In this document: positions 17,201-25,237 of the stretch, one piece after another
Numbering within the stretch: the first letter of the stretch is position 1
Layout of the letters: the number at the start of each line of letters is the position of its first letter
NCBI GenBank assembly: GCA_016205145.1
Contig: JACQJH010000002.1
Span: 540,001-572,000 of the forward strand
Direction of reading: 5' to 3'
Source of the DNA: Candidatus Iainarchaeum sp.
GTDB taxonomy: Archaea; Iainarchaeota; Iainarchaeia; Iainarchaeales; JACQJH01
DNA: 32,000 bases
Notes under the pieces: generated by a model
Database searches by the model: none
Told to the model about the DNA's origin: nothing
Seen by the model: the letters and a program-made list of their open reading frames with translations, nothing else
Position numbers and translations under genes: made by a program

Positions 17201-17404
17201 CCCGGCTTCCGGCGCCTTCGCCGGAATGGTTGAAGTCTGCCTCATCGCCTGCAATATTTCCTCGGCAGCCGCGGCCTTTTCCCCGGCCACGGGCTTTTTT
17301 GCAGCCGCTACTTTGGATGGCGGTGCAGCGCTTTCCGCCTCGCCCGGCTTGCGCTTCGACGCCTTGACCTTGGTCATTAAGTCTTTCAGGTAATCAGTGG
17401 GCAT
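14294..17404 (-). CDS. type II/IV secretion (TadA/FlaI/VirB11-like) pilus assembly ATPase, interrupted by an intein
   Basis: 1036-aa precursor with Walker [11 protein letters not shown] and Walker [12 protein letters not shown]. The His-box [14 protein letters not shown] is split by 460 aa, so the mature ATPase would be 576 aa. An approximately 100-aa A/E/K/P-rich N-terminal region is present. Confidence 0.9.
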   Translation of the reverse strand: MPTDYLKDLMTKVKASKRKPGEAESAAPPSKVAAAKKPVAGEKAAAAEEILQAMRQTSTIPAKAPEAGEEAVPAGEAMQLVEGQKSQVEKELEETKTKTEVASYGDVRIFRLPDKPLLYYFVPVPKAAASERTIINTLKEAATRLISIQPYRIRDQAQRRIIYKQKIEEILKSSPELKIPRGRFDFYIDAVVREMVGYGLIDQLVQDDRLEEIMIIGPKKPVFVFHRDFEMMATNIEFFSDDEVQDLINRIAREVGRRVDLSAPLLDARLPDGSRVNATIPPASVSGSTLTIRKFREDPYSIVDLINFGTINAEVAAFLWLCVEGMSVRPANVLISGGTGSGKTTLLNVMASFIPENERVITIEDTAELNLPLNHWIRLEAKPPGLEGKGELTMDILTKNSLRMRPDRIIVGEIRHAEAFSLFTAMNTGHDGCLTFDTKIPFPDGIEEIGTFVDGLIEMKGSRKEGEWQIVDVDGKEINSLDDSGKMQREKVVEARRKPYAGKVRHIRLASGAEITVTPNHPFYTFDGKVVQTAAGNLEEAMFVATPARLYRNADAVKPEIEYWSGLLHGDGHILDYRRKREKNGKQYECNEGRVSLFTEDERIIPEFSAFMKKEFDGTHVGVRPASPEKNCFEVSVSGIVKSRKAQQLFAIPAGPRNNALVSNSHFCSSLNEFVAGFFDAEGHVDLENNALVFTCGNEHYIDFVRYALLTEGIVSRKYESRTANSRWFRLYVYGLENVRKFSAAFPLKYPEKLKKLELLLSKPVQPNTNVDVVPCNALIAKMVAEAQAKGISERAIARLAGVSQGLLRFFRLGQRMPSKESVKKLAVAFKAAGIEADGLEQLASSEIFWDRITHIHEFDYSGFVYDLTVGEKEASGLKPHNFVAESIIVGNSLGSVHANSAQETLVRVTSPPMNVPPLMLSGLDFVIIEHRLHDRQKGTIRRLTEISEVSGVLQGKAQTQELFKWNPVDDSFERTSVPSAYLKMLGDFSGLKKKQLDDEISERERFLKELVKLGIRGMPEVSAKLQAFLDGRAKK
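14729..16108 (-). mobile_element. intein (460 aa) with a LAGLIDADG homing-endonuclease domain
   Basis: Starts GHDG|[10 protein letters not shown] (Cys1). Block B is [20 protein letters not shown] motifs are [13 protein letters not shown] and [12 protein letters not shown]. Block F is GFVYDLTV...PHNFVAES. Ends IIVGN|S (Asn, with Ser at +1). Removing it in frame restores the contiguous conserved ATPase motif. Confidence 0.85.
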
Positions 17405-17435
17405 GCGGCGGAAGCACCATTACAAAAACGGCGTT

Positions 17436-17460
17436 CTATTATTTAAGCTTTATTTAAAAA
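17436..17460 (-). promoter_or_regulatory. A/T-rich TATA-like boxes upstream of the pilus operon
   Basis: The minus strand reads TTTTTAAATAAAGCTTAAATAATAG, 32-56 nt upstream of the ATPase ATG at 17404. Confidence 0.35.
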
Positions 17461-17498
17461 GGGGAAAAAATGCCGGAGCGCAAAAAAATTCGGAAAAA

Positions 17499-19391
17499 TC
17501 ATTTGAGGCGGACAGCGTCAAGGTTGCGCAATGACATCGCATTGATGTGGAACCTGCTTGCAATGTATTTGGAGAATTCTATGCACTTGCCTTTCTCGCC
17601 GTGGTTGACGAAAAGCCTTTTGGGTTTGGGTTTCAGGTTTCTCACATAGGCTGAAAGCTGGTTCCTGTCGCTGTGGCCGGAAAAGCCTTCGACTGTTTCA
17701 ACGCGCATGTTGATTTTCAAAGCTTTCGTCTTTCCGTCCTTGCCGACAATCGGCAGTTCTTTTATTCCTGACTGGATTTTGCGGCCCATGCTGCCCTCGC
17801 CCTGGTAGCCGACAAAGATGAGCGCGTTGGCGGGGTTTTCAGCCATGTGGTGGAAATACTGCAGGGAAGGCCCGCCGGTCATCATGCCGGATGAAGCGAG
17901 AATTATCGAGGGTTTTCCGTTGACTGCTTCTTCCCTGTTTTTGGGGTCGATTTCCTCGAAAATCGGCGCCGTGAACGGGGAATCGTTCTGCAAGACCCTT
18001 CTCTGCACGCCTTTGCGCAGGTATTCCGGATAGGCTGTGTGGATCGCGCCCGCCTCCCTTGTCATGCCGTCGACGATTATGCGCGTGTCAATCAGGCCCT
18101 GCTTGTAAAAGTTTTCAAGCACGAGCAGGATTTCCTGCGCCCTGCCGACGGCAAAAACCGGTATTAAGATGCTGCCGTCCTTGCTCACGACGTCGTTTAT
18201 TATCTGCAAAAGCCTGTCCTCGGCTTCCTGCCTCAACGGCATTATGTCTTCCTTTGCGCCGTAAGTGCTTTCAAGAATCAGGGTTTCAAGCCTCGGATAC
18301 TTTATGTCAACGTTGTTGAAGAGGCGCGTGAACCCGTACTTAATGTCCGCGCTGTAAACGAGATTGTGCATTCCGTCGCCCATGTGCAAATGCACGGACG
18401 CAGAGCCGAGAATGTGCGCGGCATTGTGGAATGTCATGCGCATGTCCGGCGAAATGTCGGTCACTTCCCTGTAATCGCGGGTTATGACATATTTTGTCAT
18501 TTCCTTGACGTGCTGTTCGTTGTAAGGCGGTTCCTTGCCTTCCTTGACCAGGACATCAATGTAATCGAACTGCAATAATGCCATAAGGTCGCGCGTGGGT
18601 TCGGTGCAGTAAACCGGTCCCTGGTAGCCGAGCTTGAAGAGGTACGGCACGAAGCCGGAATGGTCCAAGTGGGCGTGGCTGACGATGATGGCGCTGATTT
18701 CGTTGACGGAAAAATTCATTGCGTCAAGGAAAGGGTAGCGCTCGTTCTCGTTCGCGACGTTTATGCCGCAGTCAAGCAAAACCTTTGTCTTCGGCGTTTC
18801 AACAAGGATGCAGCTTCTTCCGACCTCGCGGAATGAACCCAGGGCGACCATTCTCACCCAGTCATTGAGGCTCGGCTCTTCCTCGCGGTAAATCTGCTCC
18901 GCCGTCTTCTGCAAAATCTTCTTCCTTTCCGAGGCATACTTGTTTATGTGCTGCCTTATGCCGGCAAGGATTTTTGACGGCGAAGTGGGCGCCCTGATTA
19001 TCTTGGGGGTCCAGCCGGTTTCAAGGATTATGCGCTTCGAAGTTTCGCCGCCCTTGCCAATGACCAGGCCGGGCTTTATCGATTCTATGACGACCTCGGA
19101 GAACGCATCCGTGAAAGTTATGTCCTTTATCTGCGCGTCCTCGGGCACGATTTCAATGATTTTTTTCTTCGCCTGCTCGGGCTCAAGCAAAAGGCTCTTG
19201 TCCGTCCTGATGTTGACCCTCTTTTTCAGCTCGAACGCGAGCTTTGCGACAAAATTCTCGTCCTCGAAAAAGGCCTTCGGGTTTGTCGTGTAAATGGCGA
19301 CTTCCGGCCCCTCCATCTCGATCTTCTTGACCTGGCACTTGTCCGGAAGGACAGCTGAAACCTTCGCCTTGATTTCATCCAAGATTTTCAT
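17499..19391 (-). CDS. aCPSF1: KH-domain beta-CASP metallo-beta-lactamase ribonuclease
   Basis: 630 aa with N-terminal KH modules (GLVIGKGGETSKRI), the MBL motif IVSHAHLDHSG, and beta-CASP/C-terminal motifs. Confidence 0.92.
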   Translation of the reverse strand: MKILDEIKAKVSAVLPDKCQVKKIEMEGPEVAIYTTNPKAFFEDENFVAKLAFELKKRVNIRTDKSLLLEPEQAKKKIIEIVPEDAQIKDITFTDAFSEVVIESIKPGLVIGKGGETSKRIILETGWTPKIIRAPTSPSKILAGIRQHINKYASERKKILQKTAEQIYREEEPSLNDWVRMVALGSFREVGRSCILVETPKTKVLLDCGINVANENERYPFLDAMNFSVNEISAIIVSHAHLDHSGFVPYLFKLGYQGPVYCTEPTRDLMALLQFDYIDVLVKEGKEPPYNEQHVKEMTKYVITRDYREVTDISPDMRMTFHNAAHILGSASVHLHMGDGMHNLVYSADIKYGFTRLFNNVDIKYPRLETLILESTYGAKEDIMPLRQEAEDRLLQIINDVVSKDGSILIPVFAVGRAQEILLVLENFYKQGLIDTRIIVDGMTREAGAIHTAYPEYLRKGVQRRVLQNDSPFTAPIFEEIDPKNREEAVNGKPSIILASSGMMTGGPSLQYFHHMAENPANALIFVGYQGEGSMGRKIQSGIKELPIVGKDGKTKALKINMRVETVEGFSGHSDRNQLSAYVRNLKPKPKRLFVNHGEKGKCIEFSKYIASRFHINAMSLRNLDAVRLK

Positions 19392-19430
19392 GCAATATCA
19401 CTGAATCGTAAAAAAGGATTTTCCTTGGGC

Positions 19431-19442
19431 GTTTCATGAAAC
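19431..19442. promoter_or_regulatory. 12-bp perfect palindrome GTTTCATGAAAC upstream of aCPSF1
   Basis: Lies 40-51 nt upstream of the ATG at 19391, just distal to a T-rich TATA-like stretch (minus strand TTTTTTACG at 19408-19416). Confidence 0.25.
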
Positions 19443-19564
19443 CGAACCGTTTTTTGGACCGCCCAATCGTTTATGCAAAACCGATGCCAACCATGAAGGC
19501 AAATAAAATTCCTTGTTAAAATGAAAAAAGCGCTGGGTTGCCGGATTGGCTGAAACAAAAATCC

Positions 19565-20215
19565 TCAGGCGCCGAGCTTCGGCTGCCTGTCAAGCACCTT
19601 CAGGACTTCCGGCTGGGACAAATGCCTGACGCCTTTTGCGTCGACAACGCAAAGCGAAATCGACTTGCCGCCGGAATAAATGTCCCTTTTGGTTGCCGCC
19701 TTGACCGCCTTTGCCGCCAAGGACAAGGCCTCTTCCTCTGAAAGGTTGGACCTGTAATTCGAGTCAAGAACTGACAATGCGAGCTCCGTGCCCGAGCCTG
19801 AAACCGCGTACTTTGGCCTTTCCAGGACGCCGCCGAACGGCTCCAATTCGAAAATTTCGGGCCCGCTGTTCACGCCTGCAATCAAAAACTGTGAAATGAA
19901 AGGATAATAGCGGTTCGCATTCATGACATTCGAAAGGAACGTTGCAAGGGCCTGCGGAGTCATCTTCGCCTGCCTTTCAAGCTCGTAGCTCAAAACCTGG
20001 CTTTTCATGAAGCGCACTATGACCTGGCTGTCCCCGACACTGCCGGCGTTTGTGACTGCAATCTTGTCGCTGATCGTGTAGATTTTCGGGCTTTCCTCGT
20101 CGTAAGCCAGATGGCCCATTGACGCGCGCTGGTCCGCGCCCAGGACAACGCCCTGGCCGAAAACAATCGCGACAGTCGTGGTGCCGGTTTTAAGCTCGTT
20201 CAATTCCTGCGTCAA
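19565..20215 (-). CDS. psmB: proteasome beta subunit
   Basis: 216 aa. TTG start with GGTGGT 6 nt upstream. A 10-aa propeptide precedes the active-site Thr (KTG|TTTVAIVF). Ntn-hydrolase pattern throughout. Confidence 0.9.
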   Translation of the reverse strand: MTQELNELKTGTTTVAIVFGQGVVLGADQRASMGHLAYDEESPKIYTISDKIAVTNAGSVGDSQVIVRFMKSQVLSYELERQAKMTPQALATFLSNVMNANRYYPFISQFLIAGVNSGPEIFELEPFGGVLERPKYAVSGSGTELALSVLDSNYRSNLSEEEALSLAAKAVKAATKRDIYSGGKSISLCVVDAKGVRHLSQPEVLKVLDRQPKLGA

Positions 20216-20294
20216 AGCTGACCACCAAAAAAACTGAAAAAATTCGTTTTGAGCCTACCTTAAAACGTAAAGAGTATTGCTTTCACAAATGTTT

Positions 20295-20356
20295 AAAAAG
20301 CTACGCGTTTTCCGGGCCAGCGGTGCAGTTTGCCCTGCAGCCGCAGGCAGGCCCGG
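20295..20356 (-). terminator. GC-rich nested hairpin followed by a T-run, downstream of the FKBP gene
   Basis: ccgggcc (20312-20318) pairs with ggcccgg (20350-20356) and encloses an inner cctgc/gcagg hairpin. On the minus strand a TTTTT run follows (plus-strand A5 at 20295-20299). Confidence 0.4.
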
Positions 20357-20368
20357 CCGGCAGATTTG

Positions 20369-21217
20369 TCAGATGTCCTCGTTGCTTTCGCTTGCCGGCT
20401 TTTTCTGCCTGGGCTTTTGCGCGGCTTTGGCGCGGGGGCTTTCTTCTGCCTGAGCAGGCGTTGGGTTTGCTTCCTTGCCTGCCGCGCCGGAGATTTCTTC
20501 GCTTCCTGCCCCGCTTTCACTTGCGCCTTTGCCTTCGCCTTTTTCCTCTTTGGGCATTTCCGAGAACTTCACGGCTTCGAGCGCGGGACAGCTTTTTTCC
20601 ACGAGCTTGGAGAACAAAACCTTGAAGGGTTCGAATGCCTTGCTGAAGCGCTGGGACAATTGCACTTCCACTCCGCCGCCCTTGATTGAAAGCGTTTTCT
20701 CCTTTTCCGGCACGCCGGAAAAATATTTTTCAAATAGCGATTCCACTTTTTTCCCGTCGCCGGCGATTTTTTCCCTGACCTCGACTTCGTATTCTATTTC
20801 CTTGCCTGCCAATGGGCTGTTGAAGTCAACCCTGACGCGCCCGCCTGAAACGCTCTGGACGCGCCCCTGCCTGCCGTTCATTTCAATTACAAGGCCCTTC
20901 ACCGGGTTGATTTTCCTTGAAATGAATTCTTTTGTGGAAATTATCCCGATTAGTTCCTGGCTCCTTTCGCCGAAAGATTCCCTGGGTGAAAGCGTGAAGG
21001 ATTTTTTTTCGCCCGCCGACAATGATTTGATGTGCTGTTCCAGGGCGGGAAAGACTTCCTTTGCGCCCAAAACTATCGGAAAGGGCTTGTACTGCCTTTC
21101 TTTCTCGAAAAAGCCGTGCTCTTTTGCGACGCTTTCAAGAGTCGAATCGAATACCTCGCCGCCCTTCACCTTTGACGTGAGGTTGATCAGAAGAACGTCG
21201 TTGTCGTTGAAAACCAT
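20369..21217 (-). CDS. long-type archaeal FKBP peptidyl-prolyl isomerase (FKBP plus IF/flap plus C-terminal domain) with a low-complexity tail
   Basis: Motifs KVKGGEVFDST, FPIVLGAKEVFPALEQHIKSL, an insert-in-flap segment, and FNSPLAGKEIEYEVEV. The C-terminal 60 aa or so are E/K/G/A/S-rich. AAGGTGA ribosome-binding site. Confidence 0.85.
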   Translation of the reverse strand: MVFNDNDVLLINLTSKVKGGEVFDSTLESVAKEHGFFEKERQYKPFPIVLGAKEVFPALEQHIKSLSAGEKKSFTLSPRESFGERSQELIGIISTKEFISRKINPVKGLVIEMNGRQGRVQSVSGGRVRVDFNSPLAGKEIEYEVEVREKIAGDGKKVESLFEKYFSGVPEKEKTLSIKGGGVEVQLSQRFSKAFEPFKVLFSKLVEKSCPALEAVKFSEMPKEEKGEGKGASESGAGSEEISGAAGKEANPTPAQAEESPRAKAAQKPRQKKPASESNEDI

Positions 21218-21336
21218 AAAAAAATCACCTTAAAGGCAGACAACAAAGCCGGGCACGGAAAACCCGTTCCAGCAAAAACTTTTAATTTTGTTGGCTAAGC
21301 TATTCTTGTCTGGCAAACTATTTTAAGGTTGATTTT

Positions 21337-22719
21337 TTGGCAAAACCCGGAAAGAAGAGGATAAGCTGGGCGCAGGCGGGCGCGCTTTTCGTCATAGTCT
21401 TCATGGTGGGCTCGACGATCGCGTTCGGCGTGCTGTCCAGCGACGACAGCGGCAACGGCAACACGCCGCAGGACGGCCCGCAGCCAAGCCAGCAGCAAAC
21501 CACAATAGCCTACGAGGCGGACAATGTTGACGCTTCAATCCAGCAATTGCTTCCATCCGTGCGGATTGTGGGCAAGACACAGGACTATGATTTCGCGAAA
21601 ATCGACAAGGCGGTTTATGCCGTTGCCGGAGTGAAAAAGGTGCAGTCAGGCTACCAGCCGAACGCCGACACGAACGGCGGGTATTACCTTGCCGACATTT
21701 CTTTCAGCCCCGACTACAACGTCGGATTCATTGCGGAGCAATTGCAGGAAAAAAGCGGCCTGGATGGCCTGGAAGTCTACTCCTACGCCATAGTCGAAGT
21801 GCCGAAAAAGGTTGGGCTGCAGAACAAGGCCTTGAACATTTCAAAGGAATACGAGTTTTCCGTGCAGAGGCTCACGGGCCTTGTCGGCACTAGTTCCATG
21901 CCATTGGACAAGATCAAGATGCTGTTGAGCGTTTCCCTGTCCGGAGAAAAGCTTGTCAATGCGACTGCGATTGAAACCGAAAACTCTTCAGCACAGCCGG
22001 TTGCACATTCCACAAAAGCAAGCCTGCAGGTTTCAGGCCTTGAAAACGAGATTGTCTTTTCAGGCGAATACGCGCTTCCATCCGGCATCACTGAAAAGGA
22101 CCTCAACTCCGCGCTTTCCGGCATAGCCGACGTCAACGCAGTTTCAATCTACCTTTCACAGCCGGCTCCTCTGGGCATTGAAATCTTTGCGGATGAAAAC
22201 AGCCTGGAAGGCATTGCACAGGACGTGAACGCACTGCTTATTTCGGATTATGCGGTCAGCGCGGAAATATCGGTTGACTTGAACGCTGTCACGGTTTCAG
22301 TCGGAGCGGAAGAGGCAGGCCTGCAAAAAATAGCCGAAGGCGTGAACAAAATGCTTTCGGCAAAGTATCCAGGCGCCGAGCCTGAAACCCAATACCCCAA
22401 AGTGCTGCTTGAGGGCAGCCTGAGCCTTGAAACCGGAAAGGCTGAAACCGCTGCAAGCCAGGCGAAAAGCCTGCTTGAAGGCAAAGGCGTTTCAGTGAAA
22501 AGCCTTTTCAGGCTCGCCCGGCTGTCCGCCCAAACCATTGAAAGCGAAGGCATAGTGTATGCCAACGATTCGGGCTTCATTCCCGCGCTCGTGAAGCCGG
22601 AGAGAAAGGAAAACGAAACCGTTGGGTTTGAAGTCTCGTTCTATTCGGTGCGCGGCAAGGCAGTGTATGCGAACGCTGTCGAAGCCGGCCAAGTCCTGAC
22701 CACAGCAGGCAGCCAATAA
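21337..22719 (+). CDS. membrane-anchored extracellular protein, unknown function, internally repetitive
   Basis: 460 aa. TTG start with AAGGTTGA upstream. N-terminus KPGKKRISWAQAGALFVIVFMVGSTIAFGVL acts as a signal anchor, followed by a Q/P/G/N linker and recurring amphipathic helix motifs. I do not recognise the family. Confidence 0.6.
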   Translation: MAKPGKKRISWAQAGALFVIVFMVGSTIAFGVLSSDDSGNGNTPQDGPQPSQQQTTIAYEADNVDASIQQLLPSVRIVGKTQDYDFAKIDKAVYAVAGVKKVQSGYQPNADTNGGYYLADISFSPDYNVGFIAEQLQEKSGLDGLEVYSYAIVEVPKKVGLQNKALNISKEYEFSVQRLTGLVGTSSMPLDKIKMLLSVSLSGEKLVNATAIETENSSAQPVAHSTKASLQVSGLENEIVFSGEYALPSGITEKDLNSALSGIADVNAVSIYLSQPAPLGIEIFADENSLEGIAQDVNALLISDYAVSAEISVDLNAVTVSVGAEEAGLQKIAEGVNKMLSAKYPGAEPETQYPKVLLEGSLSLETGKAETAASQAKSLLEGKGVSVKSLFRLARLSAQTIESEGIVYANDSGFIPALVKPERKENETVGFEVSFYSVRGKAVYANAVEAGQVLTTAGSQ

Positions 22720-22769
22720 GCCAATAACTTCGTTGTTTGACGAAAAAAAGCATTGTAATGGGCGTTGGC

Positions 22770-22779
22770 TTTAAATATT
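22770..22779 (+). promoter_or_regulatory. TATA box TTTAAATATT for the 22837 gene
   Basis: Lies about 60 nt upstream of the ATG, so the predicted leader would contain the GGAGGT ribosome-binding site. Confidence 0.4.
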
Positions 22780-22836
22780 GCTTTTCGGATGATGGCTATA
22801 CACTAAACCGCTTTTTGCGGTCTGGAGGTTGAAAAA

Positions 22837-23202
22837 ATGGCTTCATTGGAAGAAATCGGGACATGGGCTTTCATTCTCGGCGTAGTGATAGCGGTTCTTG
22901 CCGGCGCAGCGGTCAGCTTTACAGCCGTCAACGGCACAGTAATCGCGTACGTCGTCGGCGCCCTGGTAGTCCTGGGATTAGTCGTCGGCTTCCTGAACAT
23001 CACCGACAAGGAAACAAACAAGTTCCTCATAGCAGCGGTTTCCCTGGTAATCGTTTCAGGCCTCGGAAGCAGCCTGTTGTCGCAGGTCCAGATAATCGGA
23101 GCTGCATTGGGCAATATCCTCGGCAACATCCTTACTTTCGTTGTGCCGGCGGTAGTTGTCGTGGCATTGAAGTCAATCCATGACATAGCCTCCTCAAAGT
23201 AA
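22837..23202 (+). CDS. small 4-TM membrane protein, unknown function (apparently monocistronic)
   Basis: 121 aa with hydrophobic helices (WAFILGVVIAVLAGAAVSF, VIAYVVGALVVLGLVVGFL, FLIAAVSLVIVSGL, ILTFVVPAVVVVAL). Has its own TATA box, a perfect ribosome-binding site and a terminator. Confidence 0.65.
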   Translation: MASLEEIGTWAFILGVVIAVLAGAAVSFTAVNGTVIAYVVGALVVLGLVVGFLNITDKETNKFLIAAVSLVIVSGLGSSLLSQVQIIGAALGNILGNILTFVVPAVVVVALKSIHDIASSK

Positions 23203-23213
23203 ACTAATACAGC

Positions 23214-23246
23214 GGGGGCGAAGAGCCCTCTTTTTTCTTCTTTTTT
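23214..23246 (+). terminator. hairpin plus T6...T6 terminator
   Basis: gggggc (23214-23219) pairs with gccctc (23225-23230) around a 5-nt loop. It is followed by TTTTTT cttc TTTTTT. Confidence 0.55.
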
Positions 23247-23316
23247 CATTTCCTTTTTCTGGCAATCGCCGAAACCAAGACAAACGCATTAAAAGCGTCG
23301 CACGAAAAATTCCGGC

Positions 23317-23682
23317 ATGATTGACGACGCAATGCTCTGCAGGATTTCGCTTGTCGTTGCGCTTGCAGGGATCGCCTTCCTTTTCGCGCTCGACTTTCTT
23401 GACAGCCAAAATTATTCGACAATCACCCAAGCCGAAGGCATTGCCGGCGCAAAAGCCTGGGTGAAGGCAAAAGCCGCATGGACGAAAGAGCAGGGCAATT
23501 CGACATTCTTCGGCCTTGAGGACAGTGAAGGCGGCAGGATTACGGCAACAATCTTTCGGCCAAGCGCGGAGGAAAAAGAACTGTTGAAAGGCAAAGGCGT
23601 TGTCCTTGTGAAGGGCGTTGCCAAAAAAAGCGGCAACGGCTTCATTTTCATTGCTGAGGAGATCAAGGCATGGAAACCCTGA
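23317..23682 (+). CDS. membrane-anchored OB-fold (tRNA-anticodon/nucleic-acid-binding type) protein
   Basis: An N-terminal TM (ISLVVALAGIAFLFAL) is followed by an OB-like pattern: STFFGLEDSEGGRITATIF...GKGVVLVKGVAKKSGNGFIFIAEEI. Overlaps the next gene by 13 nt. Confidence 0.55.
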   Translation: MIDDAMLCRISLVVALAGIAFLFALDFLDSQNYSTITQAEGIAGAKAWVKAKAAWTKEQGNSTFFGLEDSEGGRITATIFRPSAEEKELLKGKGVVLVKGVAKKSGNGFIFIAEEIKAWKP

Positions 23683-24854
23683 TCTGGATTCTGATCGGAT
23701 GCGGGCTCGGCACGCTCACCGGCTTCGCGCCAGGCCTGCACGTGAACTCAATTGCGGTAATTGCGCTTGCATTCGGCTGGAACGATTTCAACATTGCCGC
23801 CATGGTTTGCGCAATGGCGATCGTGCACACTTTTGTGGATTTCCTGCCCAGCATTTTCCTGGGCGCGCCCGACTCGGACACGTTTCAGGCTGTCCTTCCC
23901 GGCCACAGGATGCTCTTGGAAGGAAAAGGGCTTGAGGCCGTCAGCCTGACGGTTGCGGGCGGCCTATTCGGCGGAATGATTGCTATTGCGTTGTCGCCGG
24001 TTTTTTCGGAATTCGCATTGCAGGCATTCGGCTTCCTTCCCGCAATCATTCCGTTTGCCCTCATTGCAATAATGCTTTCAATGGCGTTCGAGGAAAAAGG
24101 CAATAAAAGAAAAAACGCGCTGATTGTTCTGGCTTTGTCCGCCGCAATCGGGGTCATTGCATTGCAGGGCAGCCTGCAATTCAGCGAGCCTCTTCTTCCA
24201 ATGGTTTCAGGCTTTTTCGGGGCATCTGGATTGCTTTACAGCCTCAAGGAAAAAACCATTGTGCCGGAACAGGAAAGCTTTGAAGGAAGCCTTGGCGGAC
24301 AGGACGTGCAGAAAGGCTCGCTGCTCGGCATTGCGTGCGGAGCAATGGTCGCAACCATGCCCGCAATCAGCACTGCGCAGGCGGCGTTCATAGCAAAAAA
24401 AATCCGCGGAAAGTCCGGGCCAAAAGAATTCCTTGTCCTGCTGGGGTGCGCGAACACTGCCGCAATGATTCTTTCTTTTTCAACTCTGTTCGCTGTCGGA
24501 AAGGCGAGGACGGGTGCGGCGGCCGCGGTTGGCGAAATGGCCGGCGAAAGCACGGGGTTTCCGTTGAGGCTTCTGGCGGCGAGCGCCATTGCCCTTGGTG
24601 CCGGGGCAATCCTGACGCTTGCATTGGCAAAACCTTTCCTTGCATGGCTTGCAAAGGCGGACTACAAAAAAACGAATGCGTTAGTGCTTGTTTTTGTGGC
24701 AATTCTTGTCTTTGCGCTCTCAGGCTGGAAGGGAATGATTGTTTTTGCGGCTTCTGCCGCGGTCGGGGTTTTCGCAATCGCCTCCAAAACGAAAAGGAGC
24801 GCGATGATGGCATGCCTCATGATGCCAACGGTTTTAATCTATTTGAACATTTGA
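23670..24854 (+). CDS. DUF112 / TctA-like tripartite tricarboxylate transporter family membrane protein
   Basis: 394 aa, about 10-12 TM helices. The N-terminus GTLTGFAPGLHVNSIAV is typical of the TctA/DUF112 family. GAGGAG ribosome-binding site. Confidence 0.7.
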   Translation: METLIWILIGCGLGTLTGFAPGLHVNSIAVIALAFGWNDFNIAAMVCAMAIVHTFVDFLPSIFLGAPDSDTFQAVLPGHRMLLEGKGLEAVSLTVAGGLFGGMIAIALSPVFSEFALQAFGFLPAIIPFALIAIMLSMAFEEKGNKRKNALIVLALSAAIGVIALQGSLQFSEPLLPMVSGFFGASGLLYSLKEKTIVPEQESFEGSLGGQDVQKGSLLGIACGAMVATMPAISTAQAAFIAKKIRGKSGPKEFLVLLGCANTAAMILSFSTLFAVGKARTGAAAAVGEMAGESTGFPLRLLAASAIALGAGAILTLALAKPFLAWLAKADYKKTNALVLVFVAILVFALSGWKGMIVFAASAAVGVFAIASKTKRSAMMACLMMPTVLIYLNI

Positions 24855-24862
24855 ATTATCCG

Positions 24863-25237
24863 ATGGCGAAATTCAGTGTGAAAAAAATGGTTGTCGAAAG
24901 CATCATTGTCGCGGCACGCAACGTTTATCCTAATGAGTTCATCGCCTTGCTCGGAGGAGACCGCGAGAAAAAGATTGTCGACGAGATTGTCGTCCTGCCG
25001 GCAGTTTTCGGAGAAATGCATTCCATTATCCGGTCCGACCTGATGCCGTTCGACAAGCGCATTCTCGGCAGCGTGCATTCGCATCCATCCGAGTATGCCG
25101 TGCCTTCCGACGCGGATTTGCAGGCGTTCGGCCATTTCGGGGAAATAAATATAATAATCGCTTTTCCCTACACTCTTGACAGCATGAAGGCTTTCGACCA
25201 GAAGGGAAAAAAGATTACAATAGAGGTTATGGCATGA
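24863..25237 (+). CDS. minimal JAMM/MPN+ metalloprotease (AfJAMM-like, 124 aa)
   Basis: Glu in NEFIALLGG, plus HSHPSEYAVPSDAD, which matches H-x-H-x7-S-x2-D exactly. The ORF-track entry 24335-25237 is a shadow extension over the TctA-like gene. Confidence 0.85.
   Translation: MAKFSVKKMVVESIIVAARNVYPNEFIALLGGDREKKIVDEIVVLPAVFGEMHSIIRSDLMPFDKRILGSVHSHPSEYAVPSDADLQAFGHFGEINIIIAFPYTLDSMKAFDQKGKKITIEVMA

Noticed and set aside
14511-17393. Multiple + strand ORFs (up to 216 aa) inside the ATPase/intein gene.
   Set aside because: These are shadow frames of a 1036-codon gene with clear Walker, intein and LAGLIDADG motifs. Their composition is S/P/F/C-rich without domains.
20323-21233. + strand ORFs (100, 119 and 252 aa) opposite the FKBP gene.
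   Set aside because: They are antisense to a clearly recognisable FKBP. Their proteins are low-complexity S/P/L/F/R-rich mirrors of the E/K/G/A tail and FKBP codons.
24335-24862. The upstream part of the 300-aa + strand ORF that ends as the JAMM protein.
   Set aside because: It overlaps the TctA-like gene in another frame and is C/R/G-rich nonsense. The JAMM domain starts at the ATG at 24863, right after the TctA-like stop.
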